Shown here in pieces: positions 11,880-27,000 of a DNA stretch of 64,000 nt. This stretch comes from the human T2T-CHM13v2.0 reference genome, Homo sapiens. The notes beneath the pieces were generated by a model. The model was not told the origin of the DNA and ran no database searches. It saw only the letters and a list, made by a program, of their open reading frames with translations. The stretch is taken from the NCBI RefSeq assembly GCF_009914755.1, contig NC_060947.1; one strand, written 5' to 3'. Both the position numbers and the translations under genes were made by a program. Each line of letters starts with the position of its first letter. Position 1 is the first letter of the stretch.

Positions 11880-14800
11880 TCCCCCAGTGCTCCAGAACAG
11901 CGGGAGCACTGTGCTGTGCTCCTTTCAGTTTCTTTTGGGTTTGTTTTTCCCTCTTTCCTTTGTTCCTTTTATTTTGTGGTTATTTGGGCAATCCAATAAG
12001 TTCATACTTCTCTTTATAAACATGAGGTGGGGAGTAATTGGAAAGAACATGTTCTAGCTGGAAGGGAAGGGATTGAGGAGGAGTTGGAGGTATACAGCAC
12101 ATGGATTTCCTTTCCTGCTAGAAGACTCTCACCTTTTCAAAGACTTGTAACAAGGAATAAGCATAGAAAAGCCCCTGGAAATGTTTAGAGGACAGAGAAG
12201 AGCCAGGTTGGGGGATGGGGCAAGGATCTGGGCCTTTTGCCCACAAACATTTCTGGGGGGCTTTTCTGTCCCCCTTGAGGTGTCAACATTTCTTTTTCAT
12301 TACATGTTTTCTTCTTTTTTTGTTTCCTCCTAGGGATTATGGGTCTTGTTCACCCTCTGCTTAGGGCTTTATAGAAGAAAGTCAAGCTGGGTTGGGCTGG
12401 GGTTCATAGCTAAAGGGCTAGCCATGGCTTAGAAGTTCAGGGAACTTCCTATAGGAAACTTAGGGAGCATTTGTAAGTGCCTTTCCCCCACTGTATGGCA
12501 TTTGACTGTGGTGTTTTGATGCAAGCGTGGAAGGGGAATGTGGGTGGATGGGGCTGCAGAGTGAGACATCAGGGTGAGAGAGCACATACTCAGCTTGTGG
12601 GGTTGGCAGAGGGTGGGGGGTGATGTCAGGTTGGAAATTACACAGTTGAGCTGGCCTCTTCGGAGGGATTGGAACTTGCCTATATTTCTGCTTCAGAACG
12701 CTTGGCAATAGAGACTCAATACATCTGTCTAAGTCAGGAGTTAGCTTTCCGTCAGTTGCTGAGTTGATCACCAGTTACAGCACTTGGTGAATAAGCACTA
12801 AGGTTAGGATAATTCACACTTGCTATTTTACCATCTGATCTAGACTAGCAGATGAATATCTATCGTAAGTCTATATACTAATCCTTTCTATTTGTCTAGT
12901 GCATAGTAAGTGTCAACAAGCTCCCTGACCCATTACATCACTGGAGCCTCACAGGAGCCCTGTAAGCCAGGGAAGGCAAAGCACATTGTCCCCAGTGTTC
13001 CAAGGAAAACGAATGGAGCTTATGCCGCATGCTTGAGGACATGCAGCCAGTGAGTGGTAGATCCACCCCACTTGCTCTTTCTTGTCTTTTTCCTCCTGAC
13101 TGTCCCAACTGAGGCATTTCCTTTTCTTCCCTCCCTAAAGAGGGTGCTCCAGAGGGCCCCCACCACATCCTCTAGCACCTGGGGCATCTCTGCAGGAATA
13201 GGCTGGTGACCAGCCAATGAGCGTGACGTGAGCAGATGGAGAACACACTCTGCCCACTGAGCAGGGCCCCTAACGGAAGTAGGATTGGCCAGCATTCCAA
13301 CTTGCCAAGCAGCTCCACCTCACTGATGGAGGTTGTGAGGGAGTGAACTTTGCCGAGCACTCAACATATGCCACCTCTTCCTCCCTATGCAGTCTCTCCC
13401 TCAGTCCCTTACCCCTCTACCCACTCACCCTTTAACTGTGCTTCTGTGTTTGTGTTTCTGTATATACCTGGGTGTATGCATATGCAGCAGGGTGGGTGTA
13501 TGTACATATACAACCATTTGAGAAGCTGCATAGTGCCGTGTCTAGTGGTGTAAATCTACATTGGTGTGTACAGAATTGTATCTACAGCATGTGGATGCAT
13601 GCGTGTGTGTGCACATCCCTGTGAAAGTGTGGCTTATGTATGTGTATGCTTGTGTACACATGGGTCTATGCTGAGTGCATGTATATAAGGGCATGTCTGC
13701 ATATCTATGTTTATCTGATTTGAATGGGTGTGAAAGGAAATACCCCTGAAAGCATATGTATTCCCTGTTGGTGACCCTTCTAGAACCACTATAATTCCCT
13801 TGGCCTGCTCCCATATGGTGGAGGGGCCCTATTTGGCCGGGCTGCTTAACTGACTGTTTCTTTCCAACTTCCTGTTCCAGGGAGCAGCATCTCCCAGTTC
13901 CCTTCCACTGTTTGCCCTGTCCCTCCATCCATCTGTGCTGTCTCCTAGATAGAAGACTGGGGAAGTGAATGTAGTCCTAAGAAGTGGTGAGCTAGTGCCT
14001 TGAGGTAGGAAGTGGTTAATCCATGGAAGAAGCTGCAAGTACAGAGCATTTCACTTTGTCCTAGAGGAACATGTTTCGGGGTAACAGGCTGGGGAGTGAG
14101 GCTGAAAGAGGCATTGAGAATAGACACTTGTACAGTCACATACACATACACACACACAAATCTTGTACGACAGTTGAAAACAAGAAAGTTACCACTGGAA
14201 GAGCTAAAATTGCCTCTTTATTTTTGGATACCCCATACAGAGATTCAGGTGGAGGGGAGAGCAGTGACTCCATGTCTGAAGCTCCCAATGTGGCTATTGA
14301 AAGGCTGGCTTCCTGGAGCCTAAGCATTGGTTGGTTGACGTGGATTTGGGTCTCCAGCACCCTGGAGGTGCTTTCAACCCTGTGGTGGCAAGCAGTTCAT
14401 TTGGGATAAAGTCATAAAGGGAGATTGGAGCAGTGTGAAGAAAAGGAGGGTTTTAAGATTTGTCTGGAAGCAATGCACATGAAGGCTTCACAGCACAGAG
14501 GAAGGGCAGCGAGGCCAGTTGTAAATATCTCTATAGATCCATATAGCTAGATATAATACTATACCTTAAAAAGGATATCTTGCCCTGACGTGCTGCAATG
14601 AGAGCAGTTGAACTCTACTGCGACTCATACTCTGTAGGTTAAGTGTCAAAATGAGGTGGAGATTTGGCAGTGACACCCTTTCGGGAACGTGAACCTTCTG
14701 AGTTTGCTATGGATTTGGTCATTTTAGCCTGCACGTTGCCAGATCTCCCCTTGTTGAGTCTTGTATGTGGTCTGTCCTCTGTGTCATTTGAGTCCTCAGC

Positions 14801-16140
14801 TGTCCCCAACCCCTTCCCAGCCCCTCCCCAGCCTGCAGTCACCCCCTGTCCAGCAAGCTGCCTCCATCCCATCCCTCTCCTCACCTCACACCAGGTAACT
14901 CTGGAAGTGCAGAATGCTTGGTAGTTTGGAGCTTGGGCAGCATCTGGGATGCAACAACCCCTATTTTACTCTTCTACCCACCTTCCATTTCTTTCCTTCC
15001 CATCGACTTCCCCGACCCAGGATCCCTTCTTTGCCACTATCATGGGAAGGACACCCCTGTCTGTCTTTCTGAAGTATCATTTTATTGTGGGGATGTGTGA
15101 CACGTTTCCTACCAAGTTCTTGCCAGTTCCATCTGCCACTGTGGGGTGCCTTTGCACAGGTCATGGACGATCTGCTGGGTCTTACTAGAGCCTGTCAAAT
15201 GTATTCTTACAATTCATGTCATCTTGTTAATAGCAGGACTTCAAAGTCTTTGCATATTTAGAGCTGAGTTTTGCTGAGACTGTGGCCATTCCTAATGAGG
15301 TTTCCTCATTCCATATATATAATAGCTAACCCTTAAAGCCATTAACTAATGAATGCATTTATTAAGCTATCCACTCGCATGGTACCCTGCTGTGGTGATG
15401 AGCAGTAACTTTCTAGCTATTCCATAGCCCAACATCAAAGGAAATCGTGACTCGTCCTACTAGAAGTGTAGTGTCTTTGTGTTTGTTGTGTAGTGTCCTG
15501 TGATCAATATAAAATCTATATTATCAGTGTTGGGTTTTCAGGGGAGGGAGGGAGAGGATGTTAAAGTCTCTCTTTGATAAACTTAAATTATGAAATAGCC
15601 CAGTTGTTCAGGGTCACTTCTATTGACTCAATTTGTGTGAGACTTTGCACTCACTATCTCGCCGGCCGGACTGCATGCCCAGGGTCAGTAGTCAGCAGAG
15701 CTAAAGGTGCCCGAATTTAGCACAGCTGGCTGTGGTGCCTGACATAGGGCAGTACCGGGGGATTCTTCAGAGGTCAGCCAAGTCGGTAACATTCTGTGAA
15801 GCAGATTAAATACAGTAAAATCAAACAAACGGAGGTCTTTGGAAGTGATGCTGGGCCCAGGCAGTGAAAATCAAGAAAAGAGGAGAAAGACCAAGACCTG
15901 GATGTCCTGGACGACCTGACCCAAAAAGGGGCACAAAGCAGCAGAGCTTCACCAGGTGACTGGGTGGCTTCTTTGTCCTCATTAAATGTACATCTTTGCA
16001 TGAAAAGGACCTTGACTGGTCTGGACTTTAACAAAGTAAAATATGAAGAAACGTAAAATTATGCTTCTGAAAAATATACTGAAATAAAATTTTGTAAATA
16101 GCTAAAAGAAAAATAAATAAATATAATAACAAGTACTCTA
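11880..16140 (+). other. GABRQ: Probable ~4.3 kb GABRQ 3' UTR
   Basis: Largely repeat-poor sequence after the stop, ending at an AATAAA cluster. The end point is inferred. Confidence 0.55.
16083..16121 (+). terminator. GABRQ: GABRQ distal polyadenylation signals
   Basis: AATAAA at 16083, 16112 and 16116, followed by a GT/T-rich element (gtgtttcctctctgttgg, ~16151). Confidence 0.6.
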
Positions 16141-16462
16141 CCAGGTCATCGTGTTTCCTCTCTGTTGGATTAGAAGATATTGAGCAGGACAGCTGTCTGG
16201 GCCCAGGAAACCTCTGGCTTCCATCACTCACTTCCCATGGCCTTCCCACCGCTTTTCACATAGACCTCTTCATACCCCAGGACAGTGGAAGCCATGGTTT
16301 TCAAGCCGAGGGGAATTAGCAACAGCACAGTTTAAATTAGTTTTGATTTTTGCAGAAGCCATTCTTAATCTTCTAAAACAAAACTTTTAAAACAGAACAG
16401 GCCACTGTGGTGCCAAAATACAAGGTAGAAGTTTCGTTCAATTTTATAGGGGGAGAGCCCCG

Positions 16463-16558
16463 ACTTGAGCCCGCAAGTCAAGGCTGCAGTAAGCCATAAT
16501 CGTGCCACTGCACTCCAGCCTGGGAAACAGAGCAAGACTGTCTCAAAACAAAACAAAA
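16463..16558 (+). mobile_element. Alu 3' fragment (AluJ/FRAM-like)
   Basis: cttgagccc..aaggctgcagt..gccactgcactccagcctggg..gactgtctcaaaacaaaacaaaa. Confidence 0.85.
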
Positions 16559-18376
16559 GGGTTGGAGGAAAGAACTTAAAAGAAGTAATATCTTCCAAGG
16601 TAGTGTTCTCAAAGAGAAACAAAAGGGAGTAGAAATACGCCAGCTTCTTAGGAAGTCTCCCTCCAGTATCACTCTGGGTTGGGAAAGGAGGTTAAAAATT
16701 TATTGGAGATTATGGACCCCAGCTCTCCACGCACCAACTCCTCCCCACCCGCTTCTCTCAGAAGCACTCTGTGTGCCCTTGGACAAGACTTTGTTCATTT
16801 GGGAGCCTCTTCTAGTCCTGTCTCTCCCTGGCCCCTGACCAGCTAGCCAGCCCATTCTGACCCCAGGCTAGGTGCTCAAAGCTCTACCCATTAAGGGGAA
16901 GATTTTCCCTTGCCACTCTCTTTCAAGACCACCCCCAGGTGTGCCTGACATGCAGTGCCGTCCATTTTCAGCTTGTACACACAGACTGAACCAGCTCATT
17001 TATAAACCAGCTAGGGCCCTTTCCCTCCTACAGCTGGTCATAAAGGGCTCCCCCATGTGGTCACAGGTACAAAGTGGGGAAGGGGCGCTGGTACAACTGT
17101 GATAAGCAGTGTAGGGGTCAAAGCCATCTGCTCATGCAGTTACTTGTGCTCTCTGGTCCTGCACAGGCTGGGAACAGGCCAGCAATGTCATCCCTGCTCC
17201 TCTCAGCCACTGGATGGGAGCAGCCCCAGGGGAAGCATGGCCTCCACACAAGTACAGTTGTAGCTGATAAGTAACAATGCCTCCAATAGCAGATTCTCTT
17301 ACTGGAGAGCTGAAAGACACACAACTCCATGGCCACCACACAAACACACCTTTCTATTGCTACTGTTGGTCTGCCTCTCGGAGCATAACATTTTTCACCT
17401 AATCAAAAACCCTCTTGTTACTCTAGGTTGGTATGGGCCAGGCCTCGAGAAATCCCACCCTGATACACTCTCCATGGAGAAGTATGTAAATCCTTTCGTG
17501 AAGAAAGTGAAACCTCCACCTTCCTCTCCAATAAATAAAAGTGGCTGCCCCATCACACCACCAGACAATGGCTAACTACTTGGAAATACCCAATTTAGTA
17601 TTAGATAATGAGTCAGGAAAGGTTAGGTGCTGCTATTGTGACAATCCCAAAATCCCAGTGACTTGACCCCCCAAAAATGTTTATTTCCTTCTCACATTGC
17701 GCATCTAATGCAGGTCATCAGGGGAGCTTCTGCTCATGGTGGCAACTCAGGAACAAGCTGACAGAGATTTCATCGTGTGCTTCTACAATCTTTGTAGTAA
17801 GGGGAAGGGAAAGTAGTGGGGCTCACACTAGTAACTAAATACTGCAGCCAGAAAGGACATACCTCACTCAAACTCATGACTCATTAGGTAGAACCAACAC
17901 CATAGCCTAACCCGACTATAAGGAACCAGGACATTCAGTTTGCTGTGTACCCAAGAGGGGTGATCTATATATTCTGGAATTGCACTAGTGGCAACCATAG
18001 GTGTCTTCCGTTGATCTTTGAAAGGATGTTACTTTCTCATTTCCCCGCTTAAAGGTACTCATGCCCTCCCTTTGTGGTAGTCTTCTCATCTTAAGCCAGT
18101 AACATATGCAAAAGTTCTAAAATACTGCCATTCATCAGTAAGAGTGTCTACTGTAGGTAGTATTCAGGAGAAGCTCCAGGCAGATAGTCATTCTCCTCAT
18201 CCTTTCCCCCCAGGGAAAGGAAAAACAGCCCCTTTGCTATTTCTGACAGGCTGCACTACCAAAATCCCAGAGGTCATGGGAGTCAGGAGCTGAAACCTGG
18301 TCCCCAACTGTCTACAGTTTTAGGAGCAGACTTTTCTTGTGTAAGCTTTCTACCTTCACCTCTGAGGTTTGCAAGC

Positions 18377-18390
18377 AATAGGATAGATAT

Positions 18391-18435
<45 letters not shown>

Positions 18436-18985
18436 CATATACATACATATATACCTATGATAGGTATGAGAGGGATGAGAAGAGATTATTAGGAAAATTG
18501 GCTCACTCAATTATGGAGGCTGAGAAGTCCCACAAAATACCATCTGCAAACTGGAGAGCCAAAGAAGCCAGAAGTGTGGCTCAGTCTAAGTCCAGTGAAG
18601 GCCTCAGAACCACAGAAGCCAATAGGTGTAACTCTCAGTCCCAGGCTGAAGTCCCAAGAACCCGGAAAGATGATGGTGCGAGTCCTAAAGTCCAAAGGCC
18701 AGAGAGCCTGGAATTGATGTCCAAAAGCAGAAGAAGATGGATGTCACAGCTCCAGAAGACAGATAGTGCAAATTTGCCTTTCTTCTACCTTCTTGTTCAA
18801 TCTGGGTCTCAGCCAATTGAATGGTGTCACCCACATTGAGTGAGGGCAGATCTTCCTTATTCAGGCCATTGATTCAAATGCCAGTCACTCCCAGAAACAC
18901 CCTCATAGACACACTCAGAAATAATACTTTATCAGCTATCTGGACATTAGCCCAGTCAACTTGACACCTAAAATTAAGTATCACA
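18377..18985 (-). mobile_element. MLT2 (ERVL) LTR containing a (TATACA)n microsatellite (~18388-18455)
   Basis: attggctcac..attatggaggctgagaagtccc...cccagtcaacttgacacctaaaattaa..atcaca. Confidence 0.8.
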
Positions 18986-19449
18986 GGCTGTATACCCCAT
19001 TCTGGCTATAAGAAAGGCTAACTGCACCAGAGACACTAAAGCCAAAGCTGAGGAAGAAAAACTCCTCAACAGCTGAGTTGGTCCTGGGCACAGTGAATCT
19101 GGAGATGACCCAAACCTTCAGTGAACTCTCTCACGAAAACACAAGTCAACCTCTTTTGGAATCTCAGGGTTCCTGAGTTCTGATGAGGGCCCTGTCAAGA
19201 GTGAGGGCAGCTAAGAGGAAGTATGTGAAGCAGAGGTGGGGCAGGTGTTGATCCGGGTGGGCATTGATCATGGGTGGATGAGATTAACACGAAAGCACCC
19301 TTCATCCTACATGATCCCCCCAGCAATCACCCTGGGGCTCATTTTGAATGACCCCATTCTCATACAGAGGCTGATTATCAGCCTGAAGTGTTTCCTACCA
19401 GAAGCTGCAAATCCCAGTTTGATGGTGGAAGGTCTTCATTAACGCACTG

Positions 19450-21605
19450 AAAGGCACCGTTAAGAAAATGAAAAGGCAAGCACAGACTGGGAGAAAATAT
19501 TTGCAAAACACATGTCTGATACAGGACTTGTATCCAAAATATACAAAGTACTCATAATTCAACAATAAGAAAACAAAAAAAAATTAAAAATGGGCAAAAG
19601 ATATGAAAAGGTACTTATCAAAGAAAACATACAGATGGCAAATAAGCATAAGAAAAGATAAGCATCATTTATAATTAGGGAATTACATATTTAAACAACA
19701 ATGAGATATCACCACATCATATTAGGATGCCTAAAATACAAACCACTGACAATACCAATTGCTGGTTAGGATGCTGAGCAACAGAAATTCCCATTAATTG
19801 CTGGTAGTAATGCAAAATAGTACACTTGTTTGGAGGACACTTCAGCAGTTTCTTACAAAGCTAAACATAGCCTTACCATATGATGCAACAATCATAGATT
19901 TTGATATTTTATCTTATTTAGTAGAAAACTTATCTCCACACAAAACTCCATACAAATGTTATGGCAGCTTTATCCATAATTTCCCAAAGCTGGAAGCAAC
20001 CAAGATGCCCCTCAATAGGTGAATGGATAAACAAACTCTGGTACATTCAAACCTCAGAATAAAAATACCATTCAGCAATAAAAATGAGCTATGAAGCCAT
20101 GAAAAAAACACAGAGGTATTTTAAATGCATATTGCTAAGTGAAAGAAGCCAGTTTGAAAAGGCCACGCACCATATGATTCCAACTATGTGACATGCTAGA
20201 GAAAGTAAAATTATTGATATAAAAAGATCAGTGCTTGCTAGGGATTCAGGGAGAAAGAGTGAGCATAAATAGGTGAAGCACAAGAAATTCATTAGGACAA
20301 TGAAACTATTCCATATGGTACTGGAATGGTGGGTAAATGACATTGGACATTTTTTAAAAACCATGAAAATATACAACACAAAGTAAGCCTTAATGTAAAC
20401 AATAGACTTTAGTTAATAATAATTTATCAACATTGGTTCATTAATTGTAACAAATATACCACACTAATGCAAAAAGCTCATAATAAGGAAAATTGTATAA
20501 GAGGATGAGGCTACTGGGAACTATCAGTACTGTCCAATTTCCTATAAATTAGAACTGTTTTATAATGTCTATTAATTTAAAATATAAAACATACAACTAA
20601 CACACAACCCAGATTTCATACTTGGGCATTTATCCTGGAAAAATGAAAATGTATGATCACACTGAAAGCTGTACATGAATGTCCACAGTAGCTTTATTTA
20701 TAATACCCAAATGCTGAAAACAGCCCAAATGACCTTCAATGGGGTAATGTCTAAACAAACTATGGTAGATCTGTACATAGGATACTGCTTAGCAATGAAA
20801 AGGAAGAAACTGTTGATATATGCAACAGCTCAAGGGAATTATGTTGTTTTCATTCAGGCTGCTGTAACAAAATACCTTAAAGTGGGTAATTTATAAATAT
20901 TAGAAATTTATTTCTCATAGTTCTGGAGGCTGGCAAGTCCAAAATCAAGGTGCCAGCACAGTGTCTGGTGGGGGCTCTCTGCTTTATAAACAGCACTTCT
21001 TGCAGTGTCCTCACATGGTGAAAGGGGCTAACAGCTCCCTCGAACCTCCTGAACTAATTCCATTTATGTGGGATCCACCCTCATGACTTAATCACCGTCT
21101 AAAAGGTCCCACCTCTTAATATTATCACATTGTCAATTAAGTTTCAACACATGAATTTTGTGAGGATACATTCAGATCGTAGTGTATGCTAAGTGAAAAA
21201 AGCTAAAACTCACAATGAGAGACTACCATCCACCTATTAGATTAGCTAATATGGAAAAGACTGACAATACCAAGTATTGGTGAGAATTTGGCAGTTTCTT
21301 AAAATGTTAAACATGCACCTATCATGTCATGCAAGTATACCACTTCTAGGTAATTATATAAAACTTCCCCAAATGTAAAAGAATCTATTGTAACAGAAGG
21401 CAGATCCATGGTTTCTTGGGAATGGAAGTTCAGGGAGGGGGCTCCTACAGGAGGAATTATGAAGGGTAGAAGAAAACTTTTGAGGGTGATGCATCTGTTC
21501 ACTCTCTTTATTGTGATGATGGTTTTTCAGAGGTATACATGTGTCAAAGCTTATGAAATTTACACATAATGCAGGTTTTTTTATGTCAAATATCTTTTAA
21601 TAAAG
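19450..21605 (+). mobile_element. Old L1 (L1MC/L1M-like) 3' fragments with a nested MaLR LTR (~20842-21184, minus)
   Basis: L1 ORF2-end and 3' UTR motifs; LTR shows caggctgctgtaacaaaatacc..ttctggaggctgg..tcctcacatgg. Confidence 0.7.
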
Positions 21606-21609
21606 CTTT

Positions 21610-23860
21610 TTTTCTTATTCTTCAACTTTTATTTTAGATTCTGGGCGTGCATGTGCAGGTTTGATAACTGGTTATATTGCCTGATGCTGAGGTTTGGGGT
21701 ACAAATGATCCCGTCATCCAGGTGCTGAGCACAGAACCCAACAGTTTTTCAACCCTTGCTCCCCTCCCTCCCCAGTCCAGTAATCCCCAGTGTGTATTTG
21801 GTTTTTGGTTCCTGTGTTAATTCACTTAGGACAATGGCCTCCACCTGCGACCAGGTTGCTGCAAATTGCATCACATGATTTTGTTCTTTCTTATGAATGC
21901 ATAGTATTCCATGGTGTATATGTATGTTTTCTTTATCCAGTCCACAATTGATGGGCAGCTAGGGTGATTCCATGTCTTTGCTATTGTGAATAGTGCTGCA
22001 ACGAACATGCTAGTGCCTGTGCCTTTTTGGTACAATAATTGGTTTTCTTTTGGATATATGCCAAGTAATGGGATTGCTGGAACAAATGGTAGTCCTGTTT
22101 TGAGTTATTTGAGAAACCGCTAAAGTACCTTCCACAGTGGCTGAACTAATTTACATTCCCACCAATAGTGTATAAGCATTCCCTTTTTTCTGCAGCCTCG
22201 CCAACATCTGTTGTTTTTGACTTTTCAAGAATAGCCATTCTTACTGGGGTGAGATGGTATCTCATTGTGGTTTTGATTTGCATTTCTCTTATGATTAGTG
22301 ATGCTGAACATTTTTTCACGATGGTTGGCTGCTTGTATGCAATCTTTTGAGAAGTGTCTCTTTGTGTCTTTTGCTCAGTTTTTAAATGGGGTTGTGGGTT
22401 ATTTTTCCTTGTTGAACTGTTTAAGTTCCTTATAGATTCTGGATATTAGACCTTTGTCAGATGCATACTTTTGCAAATTTTTCCCCATTCTGTCTTGATA
22501 CTTACCTTGCTGTGCAGAATTTTTTTAGTTTAATTAGATCTGACTTATCAATTTTTATTTTTGCTGCAATTGCTTTTGAGGACTTTGTCATAAATTATTT
22601 CCCAGGACCCATGTCCAGAATAGTGTTTTCTGATATTTTCTTCTAGGATTCTGATATGATTTGGGTCTGTATTCCCACCCAAATCTCATGTCGAATGTAA
22701 TCCTCGGTGTTGGGAGAGGGGCCTGGTAGGAGGGAATTGTATTATGGGGGCGGATTTCTCCCTTGATGTGCTCGTAATAATGAGTGAGATCTCACAAGAT
22801 CTGATTGTTTATAAAAGTGTGTAGCACTTCCCCCCTCTCTTTCTCTTCCTCCTGCTTCAGCCATGTAAGACGTGCCTCCTTCCTCTTTGCCTTCTGCCAT
22901 GATTGTAAGTTTCCTGAGGCCTCCCTAGCCATGCTTCCTGTACAGCCTGCCAAACTGTGAGTCAGTTGAAGCTCTTTTCCTTTTCAATTACTCAGTCTCA
23001 GGTAGATCTTTATAGCAACACGAGAACAGACTAATATGGATCTTTACAGTTTGAGGTCTTACATTTAAATCTTTATCTTGAGTTAATTTCAGCATGTGGT
23101 GGTGAAAGGGGTCCAGTTTCATTCTTTTGCATATGGTTAGCCAGCTATCCCAGCACCATTTATTAAATAGGGAGTACTTTCCTCATTGCTTATTTTTGTT
23201 GACTTTGTCAAGGATTAGATGGCAGTAGGTGTATGGCTTTATTTCTGGGTTCTCTATTATGTTCCATTGGTCTATGTGTCTGTTTTTCTACCAGTACCAT
23301 GCTGTTTCAGTTACTGTAGCTTTATACTATAGTTTGAAGTCAGGTAATGTGATGCCTCCATCTTTGTTCCTTTTGCTTATGATGACTTTGGCAATTCAGG
23401 CTATTTTTTGCTTCTATGTGAATTTTAGAATAGTTTTTTCCAATTCTGTGAAAAAATAACATTGGTAGTTTGATAAGAATAGCATTGAATCTGTAGATTG
23501 TTTCAGGCAATATAGTCATTTTAACAATATTGATTCTTCCAATCTATGAGCATGAAATATTTTTCCATTTATTTGTGTCATCTGTGATTTCTTTTAGCAG
23601 GGTTTTGTAGTTCTCCTTGTAGAGATCTTTCACTTCCTTGGTTAGATATATTCCTAGCTATTCCACCTTTCTGTGGCTATTGTAAATGTGGTTGCATTCT
23701 TGATTTGGCTCTCAGCTTGAACGTTAATGATGTATAGAAATGCTACTGATTTTTGTATATTGATTTTGTATCCTGAAAGTTTGCTGAAGTTGTTTGTCAG
23801 TTCCAGAAGCCTTTTTGTGGAGGCTTTAGGATTTTCTAGGTAGAGAAGCCTATTGTTTAC
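21610..23860 (-). mobile_element. L1 (L1PA-old/L1PB) 3' part, interrupted by an MST LTR
   Basis: Reverse-complement L1 3' UTR and ORF2 (gagatggtatctcattgtggttttgatttgcatttc; ccagtaccatgctg). Confidence 0.85.
22652..23038 (+). mobile_element. MST (MaLR) solo LTR nested in L1
   Basis: TGATATGATTTGG...cccacccaaatctcatg...gattgtaagtttcctgaggcctccc...gactaata. Confidence 0.88.
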
Positions 23861-24049
23861 AAGAGCTGTTTTTCAAAAATTATATTTTCTACAAGAACAA
23901 AACAACTTTTGAAAAGAATAAAAATAAAAGACTTGGGAAGGGAGAGTATTTAATGACTGGGATTATTTTAAAATCCTGGGATATGGTGTTAATTTAAAAA
24001 TCAAGACTTTTTAAATGGGCTTATTACTATTTAAAAATACTCTGTATGG

Positions 24050-27000
24050 ATTCAACTGTCTTCAGGAAGATGGAGTAGAGGTACTTTTCTCTGTTTAACA
24101 TGGTAGACATAACTAAACTGCCTGGACCTTGGCTATACTACAAGCACAAGAAGAGTCTGAATAGTGGAAAGAAGAAAGAAAACTCTCTAGTGACCTTGGG
24201 ACCAAAGGAGTGGCATGGTGGGGCATTGCCTGGGTTTCCTTTTGCCTCATATATCCCAGACTTGGAGACAAAGAAGCAACAAACCCAGAAATGCCAATGG
24301 GCACAGACAAGAAAAGCCCCAACAAAAACTTGCTCTCTCCAGCCAAAGGACCAGGACAGGGGTAACCCATTAAGGCAGAAAATGTTTAGACATTAACTGC
24401 TCTACTCCAGCCAGACAACACAGAAAAAAATGTGGCTCCACCCCAAACAGACAGCAAAGACCAAGTAGTGAGCCCAGATATCTAACCTTATCAGGCTATA
24501 CCAAAGTATTTGAAACCCCACTCGACTGCACCCCACCAGAGATGGTAACAGAGAAGACTCAGTAGGGGCCTGGGAGTTTGATTCCTTACCAGTTGGTAAG
24601 GAGGCCTAGCAGAGACTCAGGATTTCAATATGGCATAGATACTGCAACCACGCCCAACCACCATGATGTCAGTGCTCCACATGGGGAGCAGTAATGAGGC
24701 AGTCCTGCCCCTCCAGGAAGGAGATATTCAGGGGAAGTCTAGTAGGGAGTTGGAATTGCCACCATTTCCCAACAGTAACAAAGACAACCTCCCTGGGTGT
24801 CAGTGGAGGCCAAGCTAGGAACCCATCTGGCAGTGATGAAGCAGTGGCCTCCTTCCCCTGCTAGAGCAGTGTCAGAGGAAGTTAGTTAAAATAGAAGGTT
24901 TGAACAAGATCCAGTCTTATGGCACAATACTAAAATGCCCAGGATGCAATTAAAATAAAATAAAACCTCATCATGCCAAGAATCAGGAAAATCTCAACTT
25001 AAATGAGAATAGACAATCAAGACAGGCTAACACCAAAAGGACACAGATGTTGGACTTATTTTCCGAAAAGTATTAGAAATAAATCATCATAAAAATGTTT
25101 CAACGAGTAATTACAAACACACTTAAAACACAGGAAAACAGAAAGTCTCAGCAAGAAACAGGAGATATTAAAAGAACAAATGGAAACTTTAGAACTGAAA
25201 AATACAATAACTGAAATTAAAACCTTAACTGATGTATTCAACAGCAGAATGGAGAGGACAGAAGGGAAATCAGTGAACTGAAGACAGAGTAATAAAAATG
25301 ATCCAGTCTGAACAACAGAGTTAAAAATAGAAGGAAAACATAAACAAAGCTGCAGGGACCAATAGGATTGTGCCAAAAGATCTGTTATTTCTACCATCGA
25401 AGTCCCAGAAGGAGAGGAGAAAGAGACTAAGGCTGCAAATGTATTAAAATGACACCTTTTATAAGGGGATAACAATTCAAATGACAGAGGATTTATTTGT
25501 AGAAAACACAGAGGCTAGAAAAAGTGGTACAAGATCTTTCAAGTGCAGAAAACGATCTAAACATACCAATTGAAATACAGAGAATAGAATAGTGGATTCA
25601 AAAAATTACCCAATTATATGGTGTCTGTAAGAAACTCGCTCAAATATAATGATATAAGTAGGTTGAAAATAAACATGAATGTTGATAACACCTTTATTTG
25701 TAGTAGTCAAAAAATTGAAACAACTAAAATATCCTTCAATAAATGAATGGTTAAACAACCTGTGATACATAACTACTCCACAATAAAAATGAGAAAACTA
25801 CTGAAAGGTGCAACAACAACTTATATGGACCTCAAGGGCATTATGCTCATTGAAAAAATCCAGTATTAAAATTCCATTTCATACTGTGTGGCTCCATGTA
25901 CGTAACATTCCTGATATAACAGTTATAAATATGGACAACAGACTATTGGTTTCCAGGAATTGGGGATTGTGCGGGGGGGAAAGCGTGAGTGTGATTATAA
26001 AGGGTAGCACAGGGAAGTTTGTGTAGATGGTATAGTTCTGTATCTTAATTGTATCATGATCTGTACCTTGACTGGGGTGGTAGTTGCAAATCTACACTTC
26101 TGATAAATTGGCAACAAATATATTGTATCAGTTTCCTGATTTTGAGGTAGTAATCCTTGGCTGAAATTGGATGGTTACTTAGAACTTCTCTACTACCATT
26201 GTAGCTTCCTTGAATCTATAATTATTTCAACATAAAACATTTTTAAAGTGTATACAGGCCTCCATTTTTGACAAAGTATTTAAAAAGATATTCTGAACAA
26301 CCCCCGTTATGAAAACAACTAAAGTGCTGAGTAAATAACTCAAGTCTTTTAAAATACCTAACTGCTTGGCATTGAAATATGGAATTTACTGGAGCCATGT
26401 ATGAAATGATAGTGGGAATCCTGGAAGGTGAGAGAGTATCAAAGTCAGCTTTAATCCTTGGGTTTCTGGAAAATCTTAGAAGTGTGCTTCTATTGTGATG
26501 GGTACATGAAGTACAAAGTACAGGAGATGAAGCCTACAGCCTTCCCAAGGAGGGAAGTCTAATGGGAGATTAATAGCAGGTATAACAGAAGATCATCTGC
26601 TTGGGAACTTGCTACAGTATCAGATGGATGAGATGACAAAGGAATTCACTTGTCATGGCCTTTGTACTGGATAGAGGAAAAACCAGCGCCCTGAAAAATT
26701 ATAATACTTTTAAGTCATATATTTTATGATACACTGGTATCAAGAGTATATAAATAACTCTTATAACTCAAAAATAAAAAGAAAGATATCCTAATTTTAA
26801 AATGGGCAGAAGATTTCAATAGACATTTCTCCAAAGAACATATATGAATGACCAATAAGCATAATAAAAGAAGCCAGATCTTATTAGGCATTATGGAAAT
26901 ACAAATCAAAACCACAGTGAGATACCACTTCACATCCACTAGGATGGCTGGAATCTAAAAGACAGATAACAACAAGCATTGGTGAGGATATGGAGAAATT